Positions 1-9,510 of a stretch of 64,000 nucleotides of DNA are shown here, in pieces (the stretch's first letter is position 1; every line of letters begins with the position of its first letter). The stretch is from Gammaproteobacteria bacterium. Lineage in GTDB: Bacteria; Pseudomonadota; Gammaproteobacteria; JAADGQ01. The notes under the pieces are model-generated. The model was not told the origin of the DNA and made no database searches. It saw only the letters and a program-made list of their open reading frames with translations. The stretch spans positions 1,018 to 65,017 of the forward strand of contig JAKITI010000007.1 of the NCBI GenBank assembly GCA_021648145.1. The letters are read 5' to 3'. A program made the position numbers and the translations under genes.

Positions 1-624
1 ATTAGACTTTGTGATTACCCCTGAATTTTCACTAAAGTTAAAAAGGGTTTTGTCTTGTGATGTTGAGCCTGCTTGTTTGAAGGCTCGTGCGATACCGAAG
101 TCGAGCAGTTTGATTATGCCGTCGTGCGTGATAAAAATATTGCCAGGTTTTATGTCTGAGTGCACAATGTGTTGTTTATGTGCATAGGTTAGTCCTTCTC
201 CTATGCCATTAATAATGGAGAGTACCTTTTCTACAGGAAGTCCTTTAGGTGTGATGGTTTTGTTGAACTTTGCAAGAGATTGGCCTTCCAGATACTCCAT
301 AGTCATAAATACAGTGTCACCATCCCGATCAAAGTCGTAAACAGTTACAATGTTGGGGTGTGCTAGTTTTTGCGCTTTTTTGGACTCTCTTTGCAGTGAA
401 ATCAGAGCATCAGGATGTTGCTTGAAATTTTCCGTGAGCACTTTAATTGCAACATAAGGCTCTCTATCCTGTGCTTCTTCTTTACGTAAATCCCGTGCTT
501 TGTAAACAACACCCATGCCACCGCTGGCAATTGTTTGTTCTAGAACAAAGCGATTCTGAAGTGTTGTGCCTACTCCAATCTTTTTTTCCAAGTTTTTAGA
601 GTTTGGTGGCGAATTATGAATCAT
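1..624 (-). CDS. Hanks-type Ser/Thr protein kinase (N-terminal part; runs off the window start)
   Basis: Not in the ORF track. Manual translation from ATG at 624 gives MIHNSPP...IASGGMGVVYKA...VAIKVL...HPNIVTVYD...HSDIKPGN...LLDFGIAR (Gly loop, VAIK, catalytic loop, DFG). Confidence 0.95.
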   Translation of the reverse strand, partial: MIHNSPPNSKNLEKKIGVGTTLQNRFVLEQTIASGGMGVVYKARDLRKEEAQDREPYVAIKVLTENFKQHPDALISLQRESKKAQKLAHPNIVTVYDFDRDGDTVFMTMEYLEGQSLAKFNKTITPKGLPVEKVLSIINGIGEGLTYAHKQHIVHSDIKPGNIFITHDGIIKLLDFGIARAFKQAGSTSQDKTLFNFSENSGVITKSN

Positions 625-625
625 A

Positions 626-1360
626 TTACTCTTGAATCTTTATGGTTATCGCTGTGATGTTATCCTTTGCTCCTCGCTTAAGCGCTAAATCAATAAGTGC
701 TTGAGCGGCATCTTCGCAATTTTTTTCAGTTAAAATTGCGTGGAATTCGCTGTTGCTAATATCCCTATAAAGCCCATCACTACACAATAAAATTGCATCT
801 CCGAGAGTAAGGTTGAATGTGATGGAGTCAAGCTTTAGTGGTGTTTCTGCACCAACGGCACGTGTAATTACATTTGTTACAGGGCTTTTTTCAGCATCTT
901 CACGGCGCAATATCCCTTGCTCAATTTGTTGCTCAACCAGGCTATGATCTTTGGTGAGCTGCTGAATCTCTCCATTTCGACATAAGTAAGCTCTGCTATC
1001 GCCCGCCCATAAGCAGCCAGCTTGCTTGCCATGAGCAAGCAGCGCAACAATAGTGCTGCCAATAACGTTGTCGTTGCCTTGTTTTGCTGACTCTTGAATG
1101 AGGTAACTATTGACTAGCTGAAGGCGGCTATCAGCGTGGTTCATGAACTCTTCCAGGCTGCTTGATTTGTTGAGTACGCCCATGTTTTTTACAATGGTGT
1201 AACTGGCAAAATCCCCTGCATTATGCCCACCCATTCCATCAGCGACCACCCAAATACCCATGTCAGGCCTGTTCAAACAGGCATCTTCATTAATTTTTCG
1301 AACATTGCCAATATGGGTCAGTGCGGCTGAAGACCAATGTAAAGTGGGTGAAGGATTCAT
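626..1360 (-). CDS. PP2C-family Ser/Thr protein phosphatase
   Basis: Motifs RKINEDA, VADGMGGH, AGDSRAY, LCSDGL, DNIT. ATG at 1360 chosen to avoid overlap with the upstream gene; stop is 1 nt from the kinase start. Confidence 0.95.
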   Translation of the reverse strand: MNPSPTLHWSSAALTHIGNVRKINEDACLNRPDMGIWVVADGMGGHNAGDFASYTIVKNMGVLNKSSSLEEFMNHADSRLQLVNSYLIQESAKQGNDNVIGSTIVALLAHGKQAGCLWAGDSRAYLCRNGEIQQLTKDHSLVEQQIEQGILRREDAEKSPVTNVITRAVGAETPLKLDSITFNLTLGDAILLCSDGLYRDISNSEFHAILTEKNCEDAAQALIDLALKRGAKDNITAITIKIQE

Positions 1361-1376
1361 AATAAAGTGTCCTAGG

Positions 1377-2357
1377 TCAGTGTGAATTTTTCTGTAGCCC
1401 TTTCGAATAATACATGATTCCCGCCTTATCAATAATAATCGCTTCAACTTCAGGAGTTGATTCGATAAGTTTCATGCCTTTTATTTGTCCCAAAACAAAT
1501 ATGCTTGTCGATAGTGCGTCGGTCGTAGTGGTGTTTGTGCCGATAACTGTAACGCTACGGGTTGAGCGGATGGATTCTCCTGTCTTAGGGCTGATAATGT
1601 GATGGTAGCGGATACCGTCACTTTCAAAATATCGCTCATAATCTCCAGAAGTCGAAATTGCAGCATCTGTCATAGGCAGAGCTGCGACAAGCTCTTGTTT
1701 GTTGCGAGGGTCACGGATACCGACCATCCAGGGTCGCCCTCGCTTATCACCGAGTATACGGCTATCACCGCCAGCCGTGACTATAGCTGAAGTAATACCT
1801 CTATCTGATAGCAGTGTAATGGCACGATCCACAGCATAACCTTTGGCTATGCCGCCCAAATCAATTTGTACATATTTTTGGTTGAAGTAAATTGTTTTTT
1901 TTGCTGGGTCGATTTTAATGTGACGATAATTAATTGCAGGTAGTTTGTTAGATAGTCTGGATGGTTCAGGTTTAATTTTGTTGCGGTAGTCATATAAGTT
2001 ACCGACACTGGCAAATGTGATATCAAATGCACCTTGTGTACGTTCAGAGAACTGTAGCGAACGTTGTATAAGGTTCATCATTTCGTCGCTGATGACAACG
2101 GTTTGCCTGCCCGCCAGGTTGTTAATCTTTGACAGTTCACTATCAGGTTTATAAGGACTCATTAAGCGGTCGATGCGATGCATCTCATCAATCACCGCCT
2201 GAATAGCTTGGTGAGCTTGCTCTTTTTGGTCATGCCACAATTCTACTTGAACCACTGTGCCCATAATGGACTCTTCTCGGCTGAGCCACTCGGCACTTGT
2301 TAGCTGTGGCCATGCCAATATCAAAGTGAGAAAAATGAATTTTTGTCGTTTCAGCAT
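1377..2357 (-). CDS. apbE: FAD:protein FMN transferase (ApbE family)
   Basis: Motifs MGT, GAFDIT, DLGGIAKGYAVD, STSGDYE, HHIISPKTG, DALST; N-terminal signal peptide. Confidence 0.95.
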   Translation of the reverse strand: MLKRQKFIFLTLILAWPQLTSAEWLSREESIMGTVVQVELWHDQKEQAHQAIQAVIDEMHRIDRLMSPYKPDSELSKINNLAGRQTVVISDEMMNLIQRSLQFSERTQGAFDITFASVGNLYDYRNKIKPEPSRLSNKLPAINYRHIKIDPAKKTIYFNQKYVQIDLGGIAKGYAVDRAITLLSDRGITSAIVTAGGDSRILGDKRGRPWMVGIRDPRNKQELVAALPMTDAAISTSGDYERYFESDGIRYHHIISPKTGESIRSTRSVTVIGTNTTTTDALSTSIFVLGQIKGMKLIESTPEVEAIIIDKAGIMYYSKGLQKNSH

Positions 2358-2392
2358 ATTATTTCACTTGTAACCAAAAAGTCACAGGCTGA

Positions 2393-3034
<642 letters not shown>

Positions 3035-3486
3035 TTAGAGCAATAAAAATCTAATTGTACCTGAGCAGGGAAGTTCACGAAACGGGGTGGATGAAAACAA
3101 GACCTAAATCCTGGTTCCCACATAGAGATTTCGATATATTTAATTTAACAATACCAGTAAGAACAATAAAAACTCGAAACGGTTTGTCAGGTAAAGCCTG
3201 ATGAAGAAATATATGATAATCAGGTTAGATTAGGACGCTACACTGGCGTAGAAAATTTATTTTTTAATATTTTGTCAGTCAGACCGATAAAAAATCATCG
3301 GCTTCAGGTACTTTGTATAAAGTACTTCTGTATGATTGGAAGCTACGCTGATCAAAACTCCGTGAGATTACGTATAGCCATACAATAAGAAGGGAGGGTA
3401 GAATATAAGTCTAGCTGGCATCACTTTTGCACGTTTAACTTATGTTCTACTATTTATATAATTGTTATAAAATTTTTGGTACTCTA

Positions 3487-3726
3487 ATGACTTCTTCGAC
3501 GATAAGAAAAATACTGGATACACATGGCAGGCTCACTAAGCCTGCAGATGAATTGCAAGACCATAGTGATTTATATCATGCAGGTTTAACCTCATTAGCT
3601 ACGGTGAGTTTGATGTTAGCTATAGAAGAGGAGTTTGATATAGAATTTCCAGACTCAATGCTGGGTCGAAAAACCTTTGGTAGTATTGAAGCGATTGTTG
3701 ATGCTGTCGATGAACTACAGGAATAA
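3487..3726 (+). CDS. (amino)acyl carrier protein
   Basis: About 79-aa acidic protein with LYHAGLTSLATVSLMLAIEEEFDIEFPD (phosphopantetheine Ser in GLTS); clustered with an aa:CP ligase. Start taken at ATG 3487. Confidence 0.9.
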   Translation: MTSSTIRKILDTHGRLTKPADELQDHSDLYHAGLTSLATVSLMLAIEEEFDIEFPDSMLGRKTFGSIEAIVDAVDELQE

Positions 3727-3832
3727 ATGCCCCTGCACCATTTGAAAGCACTTAGCGGATTTTTCAAACAAACCGCCTGATTTCGCTACTCTCCGAGGGT
3801 AGAAAATCTTTATAATTGTAAAGGGATAAAAA

Positions 3833-5020
3833 ATGTTCAATCATGAATCACTGAACTCTATGAAATTTAAGAAGTTAGTTTTAGAGGTTAAGCGAATTGG
3901 TAAAGATGTTATTGCGCCAAATGCTCATGATGTCGATGAAAAGGCTCGATTTCCTAAAGAAAGCTTTGATGCGCTGAAAGATTTAAGACTGCTGAGTGCT
4001 TATCTACCTGAAAGTATGGGTGGAATGGGGCTCGACATTGTACAAATTACTAAAATTTGTGAAGTATTGGGTCATTATTGTGGTTCGACCGCAATGATTT
4101 ACGCAATGCATAAAATCCAGGTCGCTTGTATTCTTCATAATTCGGGTGGGTCAGATTACTTCAAATCCTACTTAAAAAAATTATCAAGTGAACAAAGGCT
4201 TATTGCCTCAGCCACCACTGAAACAGGAGTGGGTGGGGATTTACGTTCGAGTATTTGTGCAGTTGAAAGCAGCGGGTCATCTTTCAAGTTAGTTAAAAAA
4301 GCCCCAGTAATATCGTACGGAATTGATGCCGATGACTTGATTATTACGGCACGTCGTAATCCTCAAGCGGCAAAAAGTGATCAAGTTCATGTTTTATTGA
4401 ATAAAGGGCAATATGAGCTGGAACAAATTTCAGGTTGGGATACTTTAGGGTTTCGTGGCACTTGCAGTTCTGGTTTTACTGTGACGGCAAAAGGTGAAAA
4501 TGAACAAATTTTACCGACCCCATTTGCGGATATTCTGAGCCAGACGATGCACCCTTTTGCACACATTACGTGGAGTGCATTATGGGTGGGAATTGCAGGC
4601 GATGCTGTTAATCTGGCACAGCAGTTTGTTAAACGTGAGGCTAAGCGAAATTTGGATATGCCACCTATATCAGCCATTCGACTGGGGGAGGTTGAGTGTG
4701 TATTGCAGACAATGCGAAATAATGTCGATGTGGCGGCAACTAACTACCTTAAAATGTTAAATGAGGGGGATGCCGAAGCCTTTACTAATTTTGGGTTTGG
4801 AATTCGTACAAATAATCTAAAAGTGGCGAGCTCTCAGTTAGTTGTTGATATTGTTGGCAAGGCTATGTTTATTTGCGGAATTTCAAGTTATCGCAATGAT
4901 TCAAAAACCAGTTTATGTCGTCAGTTGCGTGATGCTTATGGGGCTGCGCTGATGGTGAATAATGATCGTATTTTACTGCATAACTCGACGTTGCTTCTGA
5001 TGCATAAAGGAGATGAATAA
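3833..5020 (+). CDS. acyl-CoA/acyl-ACP dehydrogenase
   Basis: ACAD hallmarks: DEKARFPKES, GGMG, ASATTETGVGGD, WDTLGFRGTCS, RQLRDA. Confidence 0.92.
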   Translation: MFNHESLNSMKFKKLVLEVKRIGKDVIAPNAHDVDEKARFPKESFDALKDLRLLSAYLPESMGGMGLDIVQITKICEVLGHYCGSTAMIYAMHKIQVACILHNSGGSDYFKSYLKKLSSEQRLIASATTETGVGGDLRSSICAVESSGSSFKLVKKAPVISYGIDADDLIITARRNPQAAKSDQVHVLLNKGQYELEQISGWDTLGFRGTCSSGFTVTAKGENEQILPTPFADILSQTMHPFAHITWSALWVGIAGDAVNLAQQFVKREAKRNLDMPPISAIRLGEVECVLQTMRNNVDVAATNYLKMLNEGDAEAFTNFGFGIRTNNLKVASSQLVVDIVGKAMFICGISSYRNDSKTSLCRQLRDAYGAALMVNNDRILLHNSTLLLMHKGDE

Positions 5021-5950
5021 GTGTGTTTGTCTCATGATTCTCTGGATGAAGCTTATAATTTTTATCGGCAACAATTATTAGAGGCTGGGTTATTACTTTC
5101 GTCGGGTGTGCCTGGTGTGTACGGCCTGAGTGGCGATTTTGAGGCTGTTGTTGAAGCTTTTGAAGGTTATGTTACCCGCATGGGTCACCATTTGGAGCCG
5201 GAGGTCGTACGCTTCCCTCCAATAATCAGTAGAAATACCTATCTATCTACTGATCATATTAAAACATTCCCTGACTTGATGGGGTCGGTTCACTCTTTCA
5301 AGGGAACCGAAAAGGATCATCTCAGGTTGGTACAAAAGCAGGAAGATGCAGAGAACTGGGCAGAAGAGTTAGACCCCACAGAGGTGATGATGGTGCCCGC
5401 TGCGTGTTACCCATTGTACCCAACCGCTGCAAATACTATATTGCCTGAAGAGGGTCGACTGGTTGACCTTAGAGCTTTTGTTTTTCGGCATGAGCCGTCA
5501 CCAGACCCTGCTCGTATGCAAATTTTTCGACAGAGAGAGTATGTTCGTCTTGGCACGCCTGAGCAGGCACATGCTCATCGGGATTATTGGTTGAAACGTG
5601 GAGAAGAGATGTTATGTGCACTCGGGTTGGATGTGAAGCCTGTTGTTGCAAATGACCCATTCTTTGGTCGAGGAGGACGAGTGATGGCTGCAACGCAAAA
5701 AGAGCAAGAGCTTAAGTATGAGCTTGTAGCGCCCATCGCATCGACAGAAAAATTAACCGCTATTGCATCCTGTAATTACCACCTTGATCATTTTGGTCAA
5801 GAGTTTAGTATTAAAACACCTGATGGAGCGTTTGCTCATACTGCATGTGTTGGCTTTGGCCTGGAGCGTATTACGCTTGCAATGTTCAAAAAACACGGTT
5901 TTGATGCTGAAAAATGGCCCCTTGAGGTTCGGGGGCTATTGGAAATGTAA
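5021..5950 (+). CDS. amino acid:[carrier protein] ligase (atypical SerRS catalytic-domain homolog)
   Basis: Class II aaRS motif 2 (FRHEPS...RMQIFRQREYV) and motif 3 (HTACVGFGLER); Zn-ligand pattern PAACYP / E / C; no tRNA-binding domain; near a carrier protein. Confidence 0.93.
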   Translation: MCLSHDSLDEAYNFYRQQLLEAGLLLSSGVPGVYGLSGDFEAVVEAFEGYVTRMGHHLEPEVVRFPPIISRNTYLSTDHIKTFPDLMGSVHSFKGTEKDHLRLVQKQEDAENWAEELDPTEVMMVPAACYPLYPTAANTILPEEGRLVDLRAFVFRHEPSPDPARMQIFRQREYVRLGTPEQAHAHRDYWLKRGEEMLCALGLDVKPVVANDPFFGRGGRVMAATQKEQELKYELVAPIASTEKLTAIASCNYHLDHFGQEFSIKTPDGAFAHTACVGFGLERITLAMFKKHGFDAEKWPLEVRGLLEM

Positions 5951-6921
5951 TGCATCAGATAATTTCTCTAACCCCAGAAACTTACTGTCGTCATCGTATT
6001 CATGTTCAGGAAAGAGACTGGGCTGAAACCAACTGTTATGTTGATATCTGGATTGAATTATTGCATGCATTAGAATATGAACCGATTGCTGCGATGCCTT
6101 ATACCCTGGCGATTGATTTTGAAGGCGATCAATGGACTTTCTTTAAGTTTCCTTTGGCTGATTTATATGATCTCTATGGAATAGATGTTCAGGAGCTTGC
6201 GATCTGGCAGCCTCTGGTTCAACATATTGAACAACAAGTGGCTCTAGGAAAACCCGTATTGGTTGAGCTGGACTCTTATTATTTGCCCGATACAGCCGGA
6301 ACGGCTTATAAGATAGCGCATGTTAAATCGACAGTCGCCATTATTAAAATTGATGTGGAAAAACAACATATTGGTTATTTTCATGGCCAAGGATACTACT
6401 ATTTGTCGGGCGATGATTTTATTGATGTATTTCGCTTGCGTGGTGAGCAGGATCCCGCCGTGTTATCGCCTTACGTAGAAATTGCAAAGCAGCGGCGCGT
6501 CAATAAACTGGATGCTTCCCAGACGCTTGATGTTTCTCTGAAACTATTAAAAAAACAGTTAAGACTATTACCAGAGAGCAATCCTTTTTTTAGTTTCAAG
6601 AAAAGGTTTGAAGAAGATTTGAAATGGTTGATGCATGAAAATATTGATACATTCCATCAATATTCATTTACGACATTCAGGCAGTTTGGTGCTTGTTATG
6701 AATTAGCGGCTACTTATTTGGAGTGGCTATCCCAGCAAGGTGTCACTGGCTTGGTGGAGGCTAGGGAAAATATTAAGTCTATCTCTGAAACATCCAAGTT
6801 TTATCAATTTCAGTTGGCACGTGCAATGAGCCGTAAGAAACCGCTTAATCTTGCTCCAGTTGATGCGATGGCTGAACACTGGGACTTAGCAATGGATCAG
6901 CTAACCACTAAATTTTTATAG
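5950..6921 (+). CDS. DUF1839-like protein, putative Cys-dependent acyltransferase
   Basis: WAETNCYVD and FEGDQWTFFK motifs typical of the protein encoded beside aa:CP ligases; start overlaps the ligase stop (TAATG). Confidence 0.8.
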   Translation: MHQIISLTPETYCRHRIHVQERDWAETNCYVDIWIELLHALEYEPIAAMPYTLAIDFEGDQWTFFKFPLADLYDLYGIDVQELAIWQPLVQHIEQQVALGKPVLVELDSYYLPDTAGTAYKIAHVKSTVAIIKIDVEKQHIGYFHGQGYYYLSGDDFIDVFRLRGEQDPAVLSPYVEIAKQRRVNKLDASQTLDVSLKLLKKQLRLLPESNPFFSFKKRFEEDLKWLMHENIDTFHQYSFTTFRQFGACYELAATYLEWLSQQGVTGLVEARENIKSISETSKFYQFQLARAMSRKKPLNLAPVDAMAEHWDLAMDQLTTKFL

Positions 6922-6946
6922 GCTATGATGTAGAGAGTTAAATGGA

Positions 6947-9439
6947 ATGATTCAACTTGTCGATGACTGGTTTCTCACTCAATCTGAACCCGACATGTGT
7001 TTGGTACCTTCTGATCTAATAAACCAAAAACTCAATTGGCTGACGGCTTGTGTGCCTGGAACCGTTGCGCAGTCCTTGGCTGGAGCATGTCAATGGTCAC
7101 TTGATGATCGGGTTGATTTTGATGATTACGATTTTTGGTATAGGAAAAAATTTGATATAGCAGGTTTATCAGAACAGTTGCCTGTTTATTTAAACTTTTC
7201 TGGATTGGCAACGATTTGTGAAGTTTGGCTCAATGGGCAACGGATTTTAGAATCCAATAATATGTTTCTAAGTTATCAAGTTGATATTGCAAAATATATT
7301 CAGCCCAAGAACGAACTGTACATATGTTTTCGCTCATTAAATAAGGCTCTGTCTCAGCGCCGCCCTCGTCCGCGTTGGAAGACAAAGCTGGTCGAGCGGC
7401 AACAGTTGCGTTGGTTTCGTACCACTTTGCTTGGCAGAATTCCTGGTTGGACACCGCCAATTGCTCCTGTAGGGCCGTGGCAGACAATATCTTTAAGCGA
7501 ACACCTGGAGCCAATCAATATAGAGGTCACTCCATCAATTGAAGGGCGTGCGGGAGTTGTCAAATTCTCTTGTGATATTTATCATGACAGTGAAGGAAAA
7601 GTGGACGCTGTGCTCTCAGTCGGAGGTATTAATGTTCAGCTAACCATTGAGAAAAAAAGTGGTGGGAGTCGTCTATACGGAACACTTGAAATTGATGATG
7701 TTACGCTATGGTGGCCTCATACACATGGCAAACCTTCACTGTATCCGGCGCTACTGCGCATCAAAGTCGCAGAAAAAGAGAGATCACACGCACTCTCCTC
7801 TATCGGTTTTAAAGAGGTGCGCATTGATCGCTCCGAAAACGAGTTTTGTCTCACGGTAAACAATACAGACATCTTTTGCAGAGGGGCATGCTGGACTGTT
7901 AATGATATTATCTCCTTAACAGGTGATTTGGGCGCACTTGAGCATACGCTAACTCTAATGCGAGATGCAGGTGCAAACATGATTCGTGTGGGCGGTACGA
8001 TGGTTTATGAGCAAGATGCTTTTTATCAATTGTGTGACCGGCTCGGAATCATGGTTTGGCAGGATTTTATGTTTGCAAATATGGATTATCCTGTGGACGA
8101 CGACAACTTCAGGGAATCTATTCAAACTGAAGCGCATCAGCTTCTCGCACGTCTGCGTCAATATGTTTGCCTGGCAGTCTATTGTGGTAATAGTGAAATA
8201 GAGCAACAGGCCGCCATGCTGGGAATGCATTCTGACGCTTGGTCAAATGATTTCTTCTTGAAACAGTTGCCGGAACTTTGTAGTACACACCACCCTGGTA
8301 TTCCTTATGTTACTTCCACACCTTCAGGAGGGGCTTTGCCCTTTCATACTGACACAGGAGTGACTCACTATTATGGAGTAGGGGCATACCTGTGCTCAGT
8401 ATCTGAGGTGAGACAGCATAATGTAAAATTTACTTCGGAGTGTCTTGGATTTTCCAATATGCCTGTTGCCAAAACACGAAACTCAGTGTTGGCGGGGCAA
8501 ATTCCTGTGACCCATCATCCACGATGGAAGGAGAGGGTTCCCCGTGATTCAGGGACGGGATGGGATTTTGAAGATGTACGCGACCATTATTTGAAAGAGC
8601 TGTTTTCTGTTGATCCTGTGCAATTACGCAGTTTTGACAATGATAAGTACCTGGCATTGAGCGAAATAGTTTCTGGAGAAATGATGTCACAGGTGTTTGC
8701 CGAGTGGCGCAGTGATCATAGTGACTGCTCTGGAGGGTTGGTCTGGTTTCTAAAAGATCTTTTACCTGGTGCCGGATGGGGAATCATTGATAGCAATGGT
8801 TTACCTAAAGCTTGTTATTATTACTTGAAACGCTGCTGGCAGCCGATCTCTATATGTATGACCAATGAATCACTCAATGGCTTGCACCTGCATGTGATCA
8901 ATGACACGGCTCAAAATTTTACAGGTGAATTGGAGGTGACATTACTGAATGAGTCGAGTGTCACTATTGTTAATGTGAAGACGGAAGTGGTTGTAGATGC
9001 AAGATCAACGCGACTTATAGGGTTAGATCAGCTGCTTAATACATTTTACGATACAACATATTCTTATCATTTCGGTCCATCAAAACATAACGTTGTTTCA
9101 GTTCGCTTATCAAATAAAGAAGGGAGCGAACTGAATAGTGCATATTATTTTCCGAATGCAGAAGTTCCTCGTTTAGAGGAAAACTCTGGAATTATTGCTG
9201 AGTTGGTTGAGTCTGGTAAAGAGAGGTATCAGCTGAATTTGTCATGTGAAAAATTTCTTTATACGGTGAATGTTGATATACCCGGTTTTATTCCAGATGA
9301 TAACTATTTTCATTTGATGCCTGGCATTAAAAAGAGTGTCGAGGTCATTCGAGTGGGTGATGGTCAAAAACCTGCAAAAGGTTATGTGAGTGCTTTAAAC
9401 ATAAGTGAAGATGTTAGAGTTAAAGTTATTTTTCCCTGA
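6947..9439 (+). CDS. glycoside hydrolase family 2, beta-mannosidase-like
   Basis: VPGTV, LWWPH, NMIRVGG..YE, CDRLGIMVWQDFMFA, CGNSE (acid/base), FTSE (nucleophile), DNYF; no signal peptide. Confidence 0.88.
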   Translation: MIQLVDDWFLTQSEPDMCLVPSDLINQKLNWLTACVPGTVAQSLAGACQWSLDDRVDFDDYDFWYRKKFDIAGLSEQLPVYLNFSGLATICEVWLNGQRILESNNMFLSYQVDIAKYIQPKNELYICFRSLNKALSQRRPRPRWKTKLVERQQLRWFRTTLLGRIPGWTPPIAPVGPWQTISLSEHLEPINIEVTPSIEGRAGVVKFSCDIYHDSEGKVDAVLSVGGINVQLTIEKKSGGSRLYGTLEIDDVTLWWPHTHGKPSLYPALLRIKVAEKERSHALSSIGFKEVRIDRSENEFCLTVNNTDIFCRGACWTVNDIISLTGDLGALEHTLTLMRDAGANMIRVGGTMVYEQDAFYQLCDRLGIMVWQDFMFANMDYPVDDDNFRESIQTEAHQLLARLRQYVCLAVYCGNSEIEQQAAMLGMHSDAWSNDFFLKQLPELCSTHHPGIPYVTSTPSGGALPFHTDTGVTHYYGVGAYLCSVSEVRQHNVKFTSECLGFSNMPVAKTRNSVLAGQIPVTHHPRWKERVPRDSGTGWDFEDVRDHYLKELFSVDPVQLRSFDNDKYLALSEIVSGEMMSQVFAEWRSDHSDCSGGLVWFLKDLLPGAGWGIIDSNGLPKACYYYLKRCWQPISICMTNESLNGLHLHVINDTAQNFTGELEVTLLNESSVTIVNVKTEVVVDARSTRLIGLDQLLNTFYDTTYSYHFGPSKHNVVSVRLSNKEGSELNSAYYFPNAEVPRLEENSGIIAELVESGKERYQLNLSCEKFLYTVNVDIPGFIPDDNYFHLMPGIKKSVEVIRVGDGQKPAKGYVSALNISEDVRVKVIFP

Positions 9440-9510
9440 TGTCGCCATAAATTGTAATTTAAATAGATAAATAAACAGTAAATAATGCAGGGAGAAAGCT
9501 TCAAAATATA

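Noticed and set aside
3174..3206. Hammerhead-like words (CGAAAC...GTC...CTGATGA)
   Set aside because: Stems I and II cannot pair in the required register around the core; probably chance.
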